In this document: positions 44,268 through 54,185 of the stretch, piece by piece
How the letters are laid out: each line of letters starts with the position of its first letter
Numbering within the stretch: the first letter of the stretch is position 1
Origin: Bacilli bacterium
GTDB lineage: Bacteria > Bacillota_I > Bacilli_A > RF39 > UBA660
DNA: 64,000 nucleotides
Assembly (NCBI GenBank): GCA_017436345.1
Contig: JAFSDH010000004.1
Location: 2,661-66,660, forward strand
Reading direction: 5' to 3'
Translations under genes and position numbers: made by a program
Notes under the pieces: generated by a model
Databases searched by the model: none
The model's input: the letters and a program-made list of their open reading frames with translations, nothing else
Told to the model about the DNA's origin: nothing

Positions 44268-44294
44268 AAAAGAAATCAAATGATTTCTTTTTTA
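44268..44294 (+). terminator. rho-independent terminator after tRNA-Cys
   Basis: Stem AGAAATC (44271-44277) pairs with GATTTCT (44282-44288), followed by a T-run. Confidence 0.7.
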
Positions 44295-44362
44295 TTTTAT
44301 ATAATTGCTTTTTAGACTTTTATAAATTATAATGAAATTATAAAAGAATAGGAGGTATATCT

Positions 44363-44668
44363 ATGTTAAAAAAGGGAGAAGAAAATAAAACAATAGAAGA
44401 ATTAACAAAAGCTGAATTTGCCAAACTTGATATTCAATATTCAAGAACACATATTGGTAAGTTAATGTATCGTGCTAGTTTAACACCTATAATAATAACT
44501 ATTTTCTTAGTTTTCTATATATTCTCATATGGATTAGCTAATGGTTACATAAATATAATGGATATTGGTAGTGTTTTATTGATTGGACTTGGAATATCAT
44601 CAATTACTAAAATGTTATACTATCAAAGTCTAAATAGTTTTTATAGAAATATGAACAAAAAAAAATAA
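44363..44668 (+). CDS. small two-TM membrane protein (hypothetical; bacteriocin-immunity candidate by position only)
   Basis: 101 aa with a GGAGG RBS and two hydrophobic helices. No family recognised. Confidence 0.4.
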   Translation: MLKKGEENKTIEELTKAEFAKLDIQYSRTHIGKLMYRASLTPIIITIFLVFYIFSYGLANGYINIMDIGSVLLIGLGISSITKMLYYQSLNSFYRNMNKKK

Positions 44669-44679
44669 AGGTTTAACCT

Positions 44680-45018
44680 TTATTTTTTTGATGTTTTCTT
44701 TTTAGTTGTTGTTTTTCTAGGAGCAGCTTTAGTAGTTACTGCTTTTTTTCTATTGTTAGGAATTTCCATTTTGATAATAAAGAATCCTAATTTTATTAAA
44801 AGAGCAATGATAATAAAAATAGGTAAAAGAGCTAAATAGAATTCACCAACTTTATCAGAATTATCAACTACGAATTCTAACATTTCGATTAATTCAGTAT
44901 TATATCCTAAAACAATTATGAATAATAATGATAACCAAATAATAGCTTCAACGACACCAATAAATAATTCTTTCCATAAAACTTTAGTAAACTTAACTTT
45001 TTCATTAAAAATATTCAC
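44680..45018 (-). CDS. small membrane protein with Lys/Thr-rich C-terminal tail (hypothetical)
   Basis: 112 aa with two TM helices and the tail RKKAVTTKAAPRKTTTKKKTSKK. GAGGTG RBS on the minus strand. Confidence 0.4.
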   Translation of the reverse strand: MNIFNEKVKFTKVLWKELFIGVVEAIIWLSLLFIIVLGYNTELIEMLEFVVDNSDKVGEFYLALLPIFIIIALLIKLGFFIIKMEIPNNRKKAVTTKAAPRKTTTKKKTSKK

Positions 45019-45167
45019 ACTAACACCTCACTTCTTATTTTATTCTAATATTATTATATATTAAAAAAAAATAAAAATAAAGTACTATTATTTATTTTAT
45101 GTAAAGTGTAAAAAAAGTAGGAAATAAAACTTTTATCGCTAATGATATTTAGTGAGGAAGTGATAAG

Positions 45168-47252
45168 GTGTTTAAAGAATATCAATGTGTTTTACAAGAA
45201 GGAACTAAAGATTGTGGGGCATGTTGTCTTTTAACTATTATAAAAACATATGGTGGTAATGTTAGCTTAGAATATTTAAAAGATTTAACTAGAACTACAA
45301 AAGATGGTACAAACGCTTTTCTAATAATGAACGCAGCAAAGGAGATGGGATTATCATCAAAAGCCGTTCGAGGAAGTGTTTTTGACTTAGATGATAATAT
45401 GTTTCCATGTATAGCACATGTAATTATTAATAAAAATATGGGACATTTTATTGTTATTCATAAAATAGATCGCAATAAAAAAATATTAACAATAGCAGAT
45501 CCTGCCGTAGGTAGAAGATTAATGTCATACACAGAATTTTTAGAAATAACAACAAATCAATTTTTATTATTCACTCCTATAAAAAAAATACCTAATTACG
45601 AAATGAAAAATAAATTAAAAGAATCTATAATAAATATAATTAAAGAGAATCTAAATGTTTTATTAACAATCTTTTTATTTTCTTTAATATGTGTTGTTAT
45701 AAATATAATTACTTCTTTTAATATGCAATTTATCATAGATAATGTTATTTCATATAATTCTAAAGATAATCTAAAATTAATTATGATAATTATGATTTTT
45801 TTAATGATAATAAAAGTTATAAATAATTATATTAGAAATAACTTATTAAATTATATAAATCATAATTTAGACCAAATAATGATTAAAGATATTTTTAAAC
45901 ATATTATTTCACTTCCTTACCTATATTATAAAAATAGAACAACTGGCGAAGTAATATCTAGAATAAATGACTTATGCGAAGTACGAGATGTAATAAGTAA
46001 ATTATTTATCACCATTTTTGTTGATATAACTTTAGTAATTTTTGTATTAATTTCATTAATATCAATAAATATAAAATTAACTATTATTGGAATAATAATA
46101 ATGATATTATATGGAATAATATTAATTATATTTAATCCAATTATAAAGACCTATATTAAAAGACTTAAAGATGATAGTGCAACAGTTAATTCATATTTAC
46201 ACGAATCTATTACAAGTATAGATGTTATTAAAGGATTATCCATAGAAGATAATATTTATAATAACTTCAGTAAAAAATATTTAAAGTATTTGAATAATAA
46301 TTTTAGATTTAATGTAATATATAATATTCAAAATTTATTTAAAGAACTAGTAGATTACCTAGGAGTAATATTTATAACTATTGTAGGAACATACTTTGTT
46401 TTAAGAAATGATATGAATATTGGTGAATTAATTACATTTAATAGTCTAATAATATATTTCTTAGACCCAATAAAAAATATATTAAATTTTGATATAGATA
46501 TAAAAAAAGTAAAAGAAACTATTAAAAGAGTAAATGAATTATATAGTATTAAAAATGAAAATCTAGAATTTAATGAAAAATATACTAATAAAGACTTCAA
46601 AGGAAATATTAAAATTAATGATTTATCATTTTCATATGATAATAAAAATAAAATCTTAGAAAAAATAAAATTAAATATTAAAAAAGGAGAAAAAGTATTA
46701 ATAACTGGAAATAGTGGAAGTGGTAAAAGTACATTAGTAAAAATTCTTATGAAGTATTTAGATATTGAAAATCAAAAAATAGAAATAGATGAAAAAGACA
46801 TTAATTATTTTAATATTAAAGAATTAAGACAAAAGATAAGCTATATATCACAAAATGAAATTTTATATAACGATACTTTATATAATAACGTGACAATAAA
46901 TCGCTATATAGATTATGATGAATTTTTAGAAATATGCAAGTTAACTAAAGTCGATGAAATAATGAATAAAAATTCATTTGGTTCTTCTTTAATGATTGAA
47001 GAAAATGGTTTTAATTTAAGTGGAGGAGAAAGACAAAGAATTATGTTAGCCCGTGCATTAGTTAAACAAGCAGAAATATATATTTTAGATGAGAGCCTAA
47101 GTCAAATAGATGTTGCTAAAGAAAGAGTTATACTAAAAGATTTATTTAAAAAATATAAAGATAAAACTTTTATTGTAATATCCCATAGAAATGATAATTC
47201 AGACTTATATAATCGAAAAATAGAATTAAAAAAAGGAAAAATTAATGATTGA
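45168..47252 (+). CDS. bacteriocin ABC exporter with N-terminal C39 double-glycine peptidase domain (ComA/LagD type)
   Basis: GTG start. C39 catalytic pattern Q...DCGACC, GHFIVIH and ADP. Six-TM domain. NBD motifs GNSGSGKST (Walker A), LSGGERQR (signature) and IYILDES (Walker B). Confidence 0.88.
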   Translation: MFKEYQCVLQEGTKDCGACCLLTIIKTYGGNVSLEYLKDLTRTTKDGTNAFLIMNAAKEMGLSSKAVRGSVFDLDDNMFPCIAHVIINKNMGHFIVIHKIDRNKKILTIADPAVGRRLMSYTEFLEITTNQFLLFTPIKKIPNYEMKNKLKESIINIIKENLNVLLTIFLFSLICVVINIITSFNMQFIIDNVISYNSKDNLKLIMIIMIFLMIIKVINNYIRNNLLNYINHNLDQIMIKDIFKHIISLPYLYYKNRTTGEVISRINDLCEVRDVISKLFITIFVDITLVIFVLISLISINIKLTIIGIIIMILYGIILIIFNPIIKTYIKRLKDDSATVNSYLHESITSIDVIKGLSIEDNIYNNFSKKYLKYLNNNFRFNVIYNIQNLFKELVDYLGVIFITIVGTYFVLRNDMNIGELITFNSLIIYFLDPIKNILNFDIDIKKVKETIKRVNELYSIKNENLEFNEKYTNKDFKGNIKINDLSFSYDNKNKILEKIKLNIKKGEKVLITGNSGSGKSTLVKILMKYLDIENQKIEIDEKDINYFNIKELRQKISYISQNEILYNDTLYNNVTINRYIDYDEFLEICKLTKVDEIMNKNSFGSSLMIEENGFNLSGGERQRIMLARALVKQAEIYILDESLSQIDVAKERVILKDLFKKYKDKTFIVISHRNDNSDLYNRKIELKKGKIND

Positions 47253-47667
47253 TATAAATGATTATAAGCAAATATATAATAAAAAAATAAAGAGCGTTAC
47301 TAAAATATGGGTATTGTTTATAATTTTTATAATAATAGGAATTATTTATATAAATAATAGTTTTAAATATATAAGATATTATTCTAATTTAGGAGAGTAT
47401 AAAAAAGATAATCTTTATATATATGTTTTAATAGATGATTTAAATAAAATAACAAAGAATAATAAAGTATTAATAGAAAATAAAGAATTTGCTTACAAGA
47501 TTAAAGAAATTAGTGAAGAAAATATAAATATAAATAATAATTATTACAAAGAGGTAAAACTAGATATAAAAGATAATAAATTTATAAATAATGAAGTAAT
47601 AAATATTACTATTAAAATCGAAGAATTAGATTTAATAAAATATATATATAAAACCATATGGAGGTAA
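47245..47667 (+). CDS. small N-terminally anchored protein co-translated with the exporter (accessory or immunity candidate)
   Basis: 140 aa, overlaps the exporter stop by 8 nt, one TM (IWVLFIIFIIIGIIYI). It is far shorter than typical HlyD-like accessory proteins, so the function is unclear. Confidence 0.4.
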   Translation: MIDINDYKQIYNKKIKSVTKIWVLFIIFIIIGIIYINNSFKYIRYYSNLGEYKKDNLYIYVLIDDLNKITKNNKVLIENKEFAYKIKEISEENININNNYYKEVKLDIKDNKFINNEVINITIKIEELDLIKYIYKTIWR

Positions 47668-47668
47668 G

Positions 47669-47812
47669 ATGACAGAGATAAGAGAAAAAGAATTAGAAAA
47701 CGTTAAAGGTGGAGGAATATCTCCTTGGATTGCTTTTGGAGTAGGTGCTGCAGTTGTATTTTTAATTGGACTATATGATGGGTTTGTTCGTCCTTTAGGA
47801 TGTCGTGAATAA
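47669..47812 (+). CDS. class II bacteriocin precursor with double-glycine leader (peptide 1)
   Basis: Not in the ORF track because it is only 47 aa. GGAGG RBS, then MTEIREKELENVKGG / GISPWIAFGVGAAVVFLIGLYDGFVRPLGCRE. The leader fits the consensus: hydrophobic at -4, -7, -12 and -15, Glu at -8, GG at -2/-1. The mature peptide is hydrophobic and Gly-rich with GxxxG-like spacing. Confidence 0.8.
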   Translation: MTEIREKELENVKGGGISPWIAFGVGAAVVFLIGLYDGFVRPLGCRE

Positions 47813-47814
47813 AG

Positions 47815-47982
47815 ATGATAGAAACTATAAGAAGTGAAGAAGAATTATTTATAATAACAGGAGGAATAAATCTTAGTGGTAATATTATAAATGCTATTGT
47901 TTCAGGAGCAAAAATAGTTTTAGAACTAGGAAGAAGTCTAGGATCAGCAATAAGAAGAAGTATAACTGGAAACGTTTGTTAA
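47815..47982 (+). CDS. class II bacteriocin precursor with double-glycine leader (peptide 2)
   Basis: Not in the ORF track because it is only 55 aa. MIETIRSEEELFIITGG / INLSGNIINAIVSGAKIVLELGRSLGSAIRRSITGNVC. It starts 2 nt after the peptide 1 stop and is followed by a terminator. Confidence 0.7.
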   Translation: MIETIRSEEELFIITGGINLSGNIINAIVSGAKIVLELGRSLGSAIRRSITGNVC

Positions 47983-48010
47983 AAAAAGACCAATTTAAGG
48001 TCTTTTTTTC
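47983..48010 (+). terminator. rho-independent terminator closing the bacteriocin operon
   Basis: Stem AAAGACC (47985-47991) pairs with GGTCTTT (47999-48005), followed by a T-run. Confidence 0.75.
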
Positions 48011-48080
48011 TATTTGCAAGTAAAATAAAATGATAGTATAATTAAAGTGAATGATATAAGAAGATGGAGGAGCGTTATTC

Positions 48081-49310
48081 ATGAGAAAAATATATACAGG
48101 AATTGATATAGGTAGTGATACAATAAAAATAGTTGTTGCTGAAGTGCAAAATGATAATTTTCATGTATTAGCTTCTACATCAACTAAAAGTAAGGGAATT
48201 AAAAGAGGATTAGTAGTTGATCGCGAACTAGCTGCTAGTTCATTAGAAAAAGCTATTGATAATATTGAGAAAAAAATAGGTGTTAGAATTGATAAAGCGG
48301 TTGTAACAGTTCCATCTCATGGGCGAAAGTTAAAAATTGTATCAGGTAAGATAAAATTACAAGGGGAAGACAAAAAAGTAACAGGCCAAGATATAAATAA
48401 AACTTTAGAAAAAGCAGTTCATGGAAATGTTGATGAAGATGATGAAGTTGTTACAATAATTCCAATTGTATTTACTGTAGATGATCGAGATAATATTTTT
48501 GATCCAAAAGGTGAAGTAGGAAATGAACTTGGAATAAAAGCTGTAATAGGAGTTGCTCCTAAAAAATATTTATATCCATTTATGACAATATTTAATGATT
48601 GTAATGTTGAAATAATTGATATTGTTTTTGGTAGTATTGGCGACTATTATAGTGCATCCAATAAGGAAAGAGATAAAACTCTTGGTGCAATAATAAATAT
48701 TGGTGAAGAAATAATAAATGTATCAATATTTAATAAAAAAATTATTATAAAAAATGATATTATTAAGCTTGGAAGCAAGAATATTGATAATGATATTATG
48801 TATATATATGGCGTTAGTGCTAAAGACGCAAGGTACTTAAAAGAAAATTTTGCAGTTTCAAGTTCTAGATATGCTGATGTTAACGAAACTGTCGATATCA
48901 AGATTAGTGATAACGAAATGGTAACAATTAATCAAGATGACCTGGCAAAAGTAGTAGAATCACGTATTGAAGAACTACTAAAACTTTCAAAAAAACTAAT
49001 AAATAGCTTAACAAATAGGAAAATAAGTTATATAATTGTTACAGGTGGTATTACAGAATTAACTGGATTTAACTCTGTAGTAGAAAATACATTAGGCATA
49101 AGCGCAAGTACATTAAACGACAATATAATAGGAATTAGGAATAATAAGTTTTCTAGTGCCGCTGGAATAATAAAATATTTTGATAAGAAAATGGAGTTAA
49201 GAGATAAAATATATTCAATGTTTGATAATAATCAAATAGTTAGTATGATGGACTACGATAATGGTAATATGGTCCCATTTGAAGAAGACTCTACTGATGA
49301 TGTTGAATAA
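48081..49310 (+). CDS. ftsA: cell division protein FtsA
   Basis: Actin/Hsp70-fold N-terminus IYTGIDIGSDTIKIVVAEV and later IVTGGITELTGF. It lies directly upstream of ftsZ. Confidence 0.9.
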   Translation: MRKIYTGIDIGSDTIKIVVAEVQNDNFHVLASTSTKSKGIKRGLVVDRELAASSLEKAIDNIEKKIGVRIDKAVVTVPSHGRKLKIVSGKIKLQGEDKKVTGQDINKTLEKAVHGNVDEDDEVVTIIPIVFTVDDRDNIFDPKGEVGNELGIKAVIGVAPKKYLYPFMTIFNDCNVEIIDIVFGSIGDYYSASNKERDKTLGAIINIGEEIINVSIFNKKIIIKNDIIKLGSKNIDNDIMYIYGVSAKDARYLKENFAVSSSRYADVNETVDIKISDNEMVTINQDDLAKVVESRIEELLKLSKKLINSLTNRKISYIIVTGGITELTGFNSVVENTLGISASTLNDNIIGIRNNKFSSAAGIIKYFDKKMELRDKIYSMFDNNQIVSMMDYDNGNMVPFEEDSTDDVE

Positions 49311-49339
49311 TATTTTACTAGCAATTAAGGAGGTTATTT

Positions 49340-50476
49340 ATGTTTGGTGATTTAGCAATGGACCAATTAGCTAAAATTAAGGTAATTGGTATTGGTGGTG
49401 GCGGAGGAAATGCCGTTAATCGTATGATAGAATCTGGAGTTAAAGGAGTAGAATTTATTGTTGCAAATACAGACTTGCAAGTTTTAAATAATTCTTTGGC
49501 TGAAAATAAAATTCAATTAGGGGCTAATTTAACAGATGGATTAGGAGCAGGTGCAAAACCAGACACTGGTCGTGAAGCTGCAGTAGAATCAAAAAAAGAA
49601 ATAGAAGAAGCACTAAAAGGTGCAGATATGGTATTCATCACATGTGGAATGGGTGGAGGAACAGGTACAGGTGCTGCTCCAGTTGTAGCAGAAATAGCAC
49701 AAGCTTTAGGTGCTCTTACTGTTGCCATCGTTACAAAACCATTTACATTTGAAGGAAGAAAAAGAATGGAAAATGCGATTGTTGGTTTAGAAGAATTAAA
49801 AAAACACGTTGATACATTAATCGTTATCCCTAATGATAAATTAAGAGAAATTATTGATAAAACAACACCAATGTTAGAAGCATTTAAAGAAGTAGATAAC
49901 GTATTACGTCGTGGTGTACAATCTATCTCAGACTTAATCGCTGTAGTAGGGTTAGTTAACCTTGACTTTGCAGATGTTAAAGCTGTTATGAAAGATTCTG
50001 GTAATGCTATTATTGGTATTGGTATTGGTATGGGAGAAGAAAGAGCTATCGAAGCTGCAAAACAAGCCGTGTCATCTCCACTTCTTGAAACTAGTATTGC
50101 TGGTGCAACAGATGCAATTATCAATATTACTGGTGGAATGAATTTAACTTTATTTGAAGCAGAACAAGCTGCTGAAGTTGTTAGAGCTGCTGCAAATACT
50201 GATATTAATACAATCTTTGGATCAGTTATTAATGAAAATTTAACTGATGAAGTAATTGTTACTGTTATCGCAACAGGTTTCGATAAATCAAATAAAGAAA
50301 AAGCTGCTTATCCAACAGCACAAGTTGTTAGAAAACCAGTTCAAGAACCTACACCAGCACCAGTTGTTGAAAGACCAGTAGTTAAAGAAGAAGCACCATT
50401 ATTAGATGATGAAGATGATGATGCAACTAGTGGTGGATATGAATTACCACCATTCTTAAGAAATAGAAATTATTAA
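49340..50476 (+). CDS. ftsZ: cell division GTPase FtsZ
   Basis: [13 protein letters not shown] and the tubulin signature [16 protein letters not shown]-terminal conserved peptide YELPPFLRN. Confidence 0.97.
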   Translation: MFGDLAMDQLAKIKVIGIGGGGGNAVNRMIESGVKGVEFIVANTDLQVLNNSLAENKIQLGANLTDGLGAGAKPDTGREAAVESKKEIEEALKGADMVFITCGMGGGTGTGAAPVVAEIAQALGALTVAIVTKPFTFEGRKRMENAIVGLEELKKHVDTLIVIPNDKLREIIDKTTPMLEAFKEVDNVLRRGVQSISDLIAVVGLVNLDFADVKAVMKDSGNAIIGIGIGMGEERAIEAAKQAVSSPLLETSIAGATDAIINITGGMNLTLFEAEQAAEVVRAAANTDINTIFGSVINENLTDEVIVTVIATGFDKSNKEKAAYPTAQVVRKPVQEPTPAPVVERPVVKEEAPLLDDEDDDATSGGYELPPFLRNRNY

Positions 50477-50565
50477 AAGTTCGTAAGAACTTTTTTTTTG
50501 ACAAAAAAATATAAATAATTAATTCTTTATGTTATAATGTATATGTATAGTATTGGAGGCGTATT

Positions 50566-52923
50566 ATGGCTAAAAGAAAAAAGAGAAAACAAGAAACAGA
50601 AGAAAAAAATTTTCAGCTTCCTATAGAAGTTCATGGTGTAATATATATTATTCTTGCAGTATTAGCTTTTTTGCCAGGTAATGGATTAGTTGGTCGACTA
50701 GTAAGATGCTTTGGAGTATTTTTATTTGGATCATGGAATATAATTCTATTAATTATTTTATTAATTATGGGCTTATTTATTGTTATTAAAAAGAGATATC
50801 CTAACTTCTTAGACAAAAAACTCATTGGTTTTTATATTGTGTTATTAGGAATTTTAATAAGATCACATTCATCATTTGTTGAACTTAATGATGGAAATTC
50901 GACAGTAATTTTTAAAGAGAGTTGGAATCATATTTTAGAAGCGATAAATTCTATTATGAATAAGCAACAGTTTGATGTAGTTGGTGGTGGAATAATCGGT
51001 TCATTATTTGCAGTGCTATTTCAAATCCTTTTCGACTCTCAAGGAACAATTATTGTTTCATATGTCATGATTGTTTTAGGTTTATCATTGTTTACTGGTG
51101 TATCAATCTTTGATTATTTAAGAAAAGGTGTAGATAAAGGTAAAGAAATAATTAATAAAGAAAAAACAAAAGCAAAAGATGAAGAAGAAACAGAAGAAGA
51201 TGTAGAATTTGATGAAGAAACTGGTGAGGTTAAAGAATCAAAGAAGAAACATATTGAAGAAAATATTGATTTAGATGAACGTGTAGTTGTTGCTAGCATT
51301 GAAGAGTTAAATGAAGCAACTCAAGCTAGAAAAGAAGAAAAAGAAAAGAAAAAGAATAAAGAAGAAATAAAAGAAGAAGAATCTAAAATTAATATTCCTG
51401 AAATTAATTTTAATCAAGATATTAAACCAACTTCAGATTATAAATTACCAACTTTAGATTTACTTAAGAAGACAAAACAAAAGAATAACTTTAATGAAGA
51501 AACTATTCGTGCAACTGGGGAACTTTTAGTATCTGTATTAAGTGAATTTGGTATAGAAGGTGTAACTATTGTTGATATTCATGTTGGACCTAGTGTTACT
51601 CAATATGAATTATCTATCAAAACGGGAACTAAATTAAGTAAGATTTTAAGTATTAATAAAGAAATATCTTTAGCTCTTGCTAAAAAAGATGTACGTATTC
51701 AAGCTCCTATTCCTGGTAAAAGAACTGTTGGAGTAGAAGTTGCTAACGATGCAATTCAACCTGTTGGATTTAGAGAAGTACTTGAAAAAGCACCTCTTAA
51801 CAAAGCTAATTCTAAACTTTTAGTAGCTTTAGGTAAAAATATTATGGGTGAAACTAAATTTGCCGAAATTGATAAAACGCCACACTTACTAGTTGCTGGG
51901 GCAACTGGTAGTGGTAAATCAGTTTGTATAAACTGTATCATTGCATCAATTTTAATGCGTACTAAACCAGATGAAGTAAAATTAGTTATGGTTGACCCTA
52001 AAAAAGTAGAATTAAGTAATTACAATGGAGTGCCACATTTATTAATGCCTGTTGTAACAGATCCTAAAAAAGCAAGTGTTGCGCTTCAAAAAATAGTTCA
52101 TGAAATGGAATTAAGATATGACGAGTTTGAAGCTAAAAAAGTAAAAAATATTTCAACATATAATGCTTGGGTTGAAAAAGAAAATGAAAATAGAGTAGAT
52201 ACAGATAGAATTAGAAAAATGCCATATATTGTTGTTATTGTAGATGAACTTGCTGATTTGATGTTAGTAGCATCAAAAGAAGTAGAAGACTCAATTATGC
52301 GTATTACTCAAATGGCTCGTGCAGCTGGGATTCACTTAATCGTTGCAACTCAAAGACCATCTACTGATGTAATTACTGGGGTTGTTAAAGCTAATATCCC
52401 ATCACGTATTTCTTTTGCGGTATCATCAAGTATTGATTCCCGTACTATCTTAGATATGACAGGTGCTGAAAAATTACTTGGTAAAGGTGATATGTTATTC
52501 TTACCAATGGGAGAAAATGCTCCAGAACGTATTCAAGGTGCTTTTGTATCAGATGAAGAACTTGAATCTATTATAAATTGGACAGTTAATCAACAAAAAG
52601 CTCAATATGATGAAAAATTTATGAATTTACAAGCAGCAGCTGACGAACAAGGAAATGCTGGTGGACATCCAAGAGATGTTGAAGAAGAATATGATGATCC
52701 ACTTTATAATGATATTGTTGATTTTGTTATTGAAACAAGAAAAGCAAGTGCCTCATTAATTCAAAGAAGATTTAAAGTAGGATATAATCGTGCGGCTAGA
52801 ATTGTCGATTTATTAGAAGAAAGAGGCATAATTGGTCCACAAAATGGTTCTAAACCACGAGAAGTACTTGTCGGTAAAGACGAAGGTAGTGAAGAAGATT
52901 ATTCTGAGGAAGAAGAATATTAA
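50566..52923 (+). CDS. ftsK: DNA translocase FtsK/SpoIIIE
   Basis: N-terminal TM domain and a Lys/Glu-rich linker. Walker A VAGATGSGKSV and Walker B IVVIVDELADLM. C-terminal gamma wHTH LIQRRFKVGYNRAARIVDLLEERGIIG. Confidence 0.93.
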   Translation: MAKRKKRKQETEEKNFQLPIEVHGVIYIILAVLAFLPGNGLVGRLVRCFGVFLFGSWNIILLIILLIMGLFIVIKKRYPNFLDKKLIGFYIVLLGILIRSHSSFVELNDGNSTVIFKESWNHILEAINSIMNKQQFDVVGGGIIGSLFAVLFQILFDSQGTIIVSYVMIVLGLSLFTGVSIFDYLRKGVDKGKEIINKEKTKAKDEEETEEDVEFDEETGEVKESKKKHIEENIDLDERVVVASIEELNEATQARKEEKEKKKNKEEIKEEESKINIPEINFNQDIKPTSDYKLPTLDLLKKTKQKNNFNEETIRATGELLVSVLSEFGIEGVTIVDIHVGPSVTQYELSIKTGTKLSKILSINKEISLALAKKDVRIQAPIPGKRTVGVEVANDAIQPVGFREVLEKAPLNKANSKLLVALGKNIMGETKFAEIDKTPHLLVAGATGSGKSVCINCIIASILMRTKPDEVKLVMVDPKKVELSNYNGVPHLLMPVVTDPKKASVALQKIVHEMELRYDEFEAKKVKNISTYNAWVEKENENRVDTDRIRKMPYIVVIVDELADLMLVASKEVEDSIMRITQMARAAGIHLIVATQRPSTDVITGVVKANIPSRISFAVSSSIDSRTILDMTGAEKLLGKGDMLFLPMGENAPERIQGAFVSDEELESIINWTVNQQKAQYDEKFMNLQAAADEQGNAGGHPRDVEEEYDDPLYNDIVDFVIETRKASASLIQRRFKVGYNRAARIVDLLEERGIIGPQNGSKPREVLVGKDEGSEEDYSEEEEY

Positions 52924-52938
52924 AAGAGATAATATAAA

Positions 52939-54063
52939 TTATCTCTTTTCTTTTTTTAATATTTTTTGATATGTATCTAAATTACTATAACCATCTTTAT
53001 AAAAAGTAATACCATATCTTTCTAACATAATAAATGGATATTTTCCCATTGAAATACCTTCTATATCACTAATAATATTTTTATATCCATTTTTATATTT
53101 AAAAAATAAATCTAGTGCTACTAAATAAGAAAAACTATAGCATAAATCTCTATTAAAAGAAACCATACTATCTCTCATATCTAAATTTGAAAAACCTGTA
53201 AAACGAAGACCTTTACTCTTTAAATCACTTTTAATACGTCTTAAATCAAACTTATCATCCTTAAAGTAATTATGATAATTATGAGAAATAAAAATATTTC
53301 TAACAAAATCTTTTGTATTATTAAAATTCATAATTTCTATACTTCTAGCATCATCCATAAAAATCTTATTTTTATATAAATAATCAGTAACAATTAAATC
53401 TGAAAAAGCACCTTCTACTTCTTCAGTGTAAAAACTATCATCACTATAAGAAGTAATTCGATTATTATCTTCTATTACTAAATGAAATATTTCATGAACT
53501 AAAGTATAAAGATCTCTTATTTTATTATTACTATATATTTTAGCGTATCCAATTTTATTATAATTATCTTTAACTGAAAAACCACTATAAATAGTTTTAA
53601 AATTAATAATTTCACTACTATTAGAAATATCAAGTAAATGATTATCTTCATCTAAAATACTATTTACTTTTTTCATAAGTTCAGGATCATTAAAAGAACT
53701 AAATATGTCTTTACACATATCAATCACAGATTTAATTTCTAGTGTTTCATTACTATAATCAGTATCAATAAAATTATTTCTTTCAAAGGTATTACATGCA
53801 TTATTAACAACAGTAATAATATCAGGATTAATACTTCTATACATATTAATAAAATATTTAGATGTGAATATTCTATCGCTTAAATCTTCTTCAACTTCAC
53901 TATAATCTTCAGAATTATATTTTCCAAGTAAAAAATCATAAGTTGCAATCGAATCATCGATTATCATTAGTTTTTCATCACTTGTTTTTTTTCTTTTACT
54001 TTTTCTTAGACTAATTAAATATTCTCTTTTCTTTTTAAATTCTTCAAGATCCCAATTATACAT
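52939..54063 (-). CDS. putative zinc metallopeptidase (HExxH gluzincin-like), family not recognised
   Basis: Carries LVHEIFHLV (HExxH), with EEVEGAF about 20 residues downstream as a possible third ligand. 374 aa, no signal peptide. Confidence 0.45.
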   Translation of the reverse strand: MYNWDLEEFKKKREYLISLRKSKRKKTSDEKLMIIDDSIATYDFLLGKYNSEDYSEVEEDLSDRIFTSKYFINMYRSINPDIITVVNNACNTFERNNFIDTDYSNETLEIKSVIDMCKDIFSSFNDPELMKKVNSILDEDNHLLDISNSSEIINFKTIYSGFSVKDNYNKIGYAKIYSNNKIRDLYTLVHEIFHLVIEDNNRITSYSDDSFYTEEVEGAFSDLIVTDYLYKNKIFMDDARSIEIMNFNNTKDFVRNIFISHNYHNYFKDDKFDLRRIKSDLKSKGLRFTGFSNLDMRDSMVSFNRDLCYSFSYLVALDLFFKYKNGYKNIISDIEGISMGKYPFIMLERYGITFYKDGYSNLDTYQKILKKEKR

Positions 54064-54185
54064 AATATCACCTTTATTTAGCTTTATATATTAACAAAAA
54101 AAATAATCTAAGTCAAAAATATGTTATAATATATATACTTAATTTATAATAATTAAAAAAGTATACATAATAATAAATAGGTGAT

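Noticed and set aside
47894-48082. 62-aa minus-strand ORF overlapping bacteriocin peptide 2 and the operon terminator
   Set aside because: The plus-strand reading gives a canonical GG-leader peptide followed by a terminator. The minus-strand ORF runs through the terminator hairpin and the ftsA promoter region and has no RBS.
49513-50124. 203-aa ORF on the minus strand, antisense to ftsZ
   Set aside because: It lies entirely inside the unmistakable ftsZ reading frame. Its Ser/Ala/Pro-rich low-complexity translation is the typical mirror image of a Gly/Ala-rich gene. It has no RBS or independent signals.
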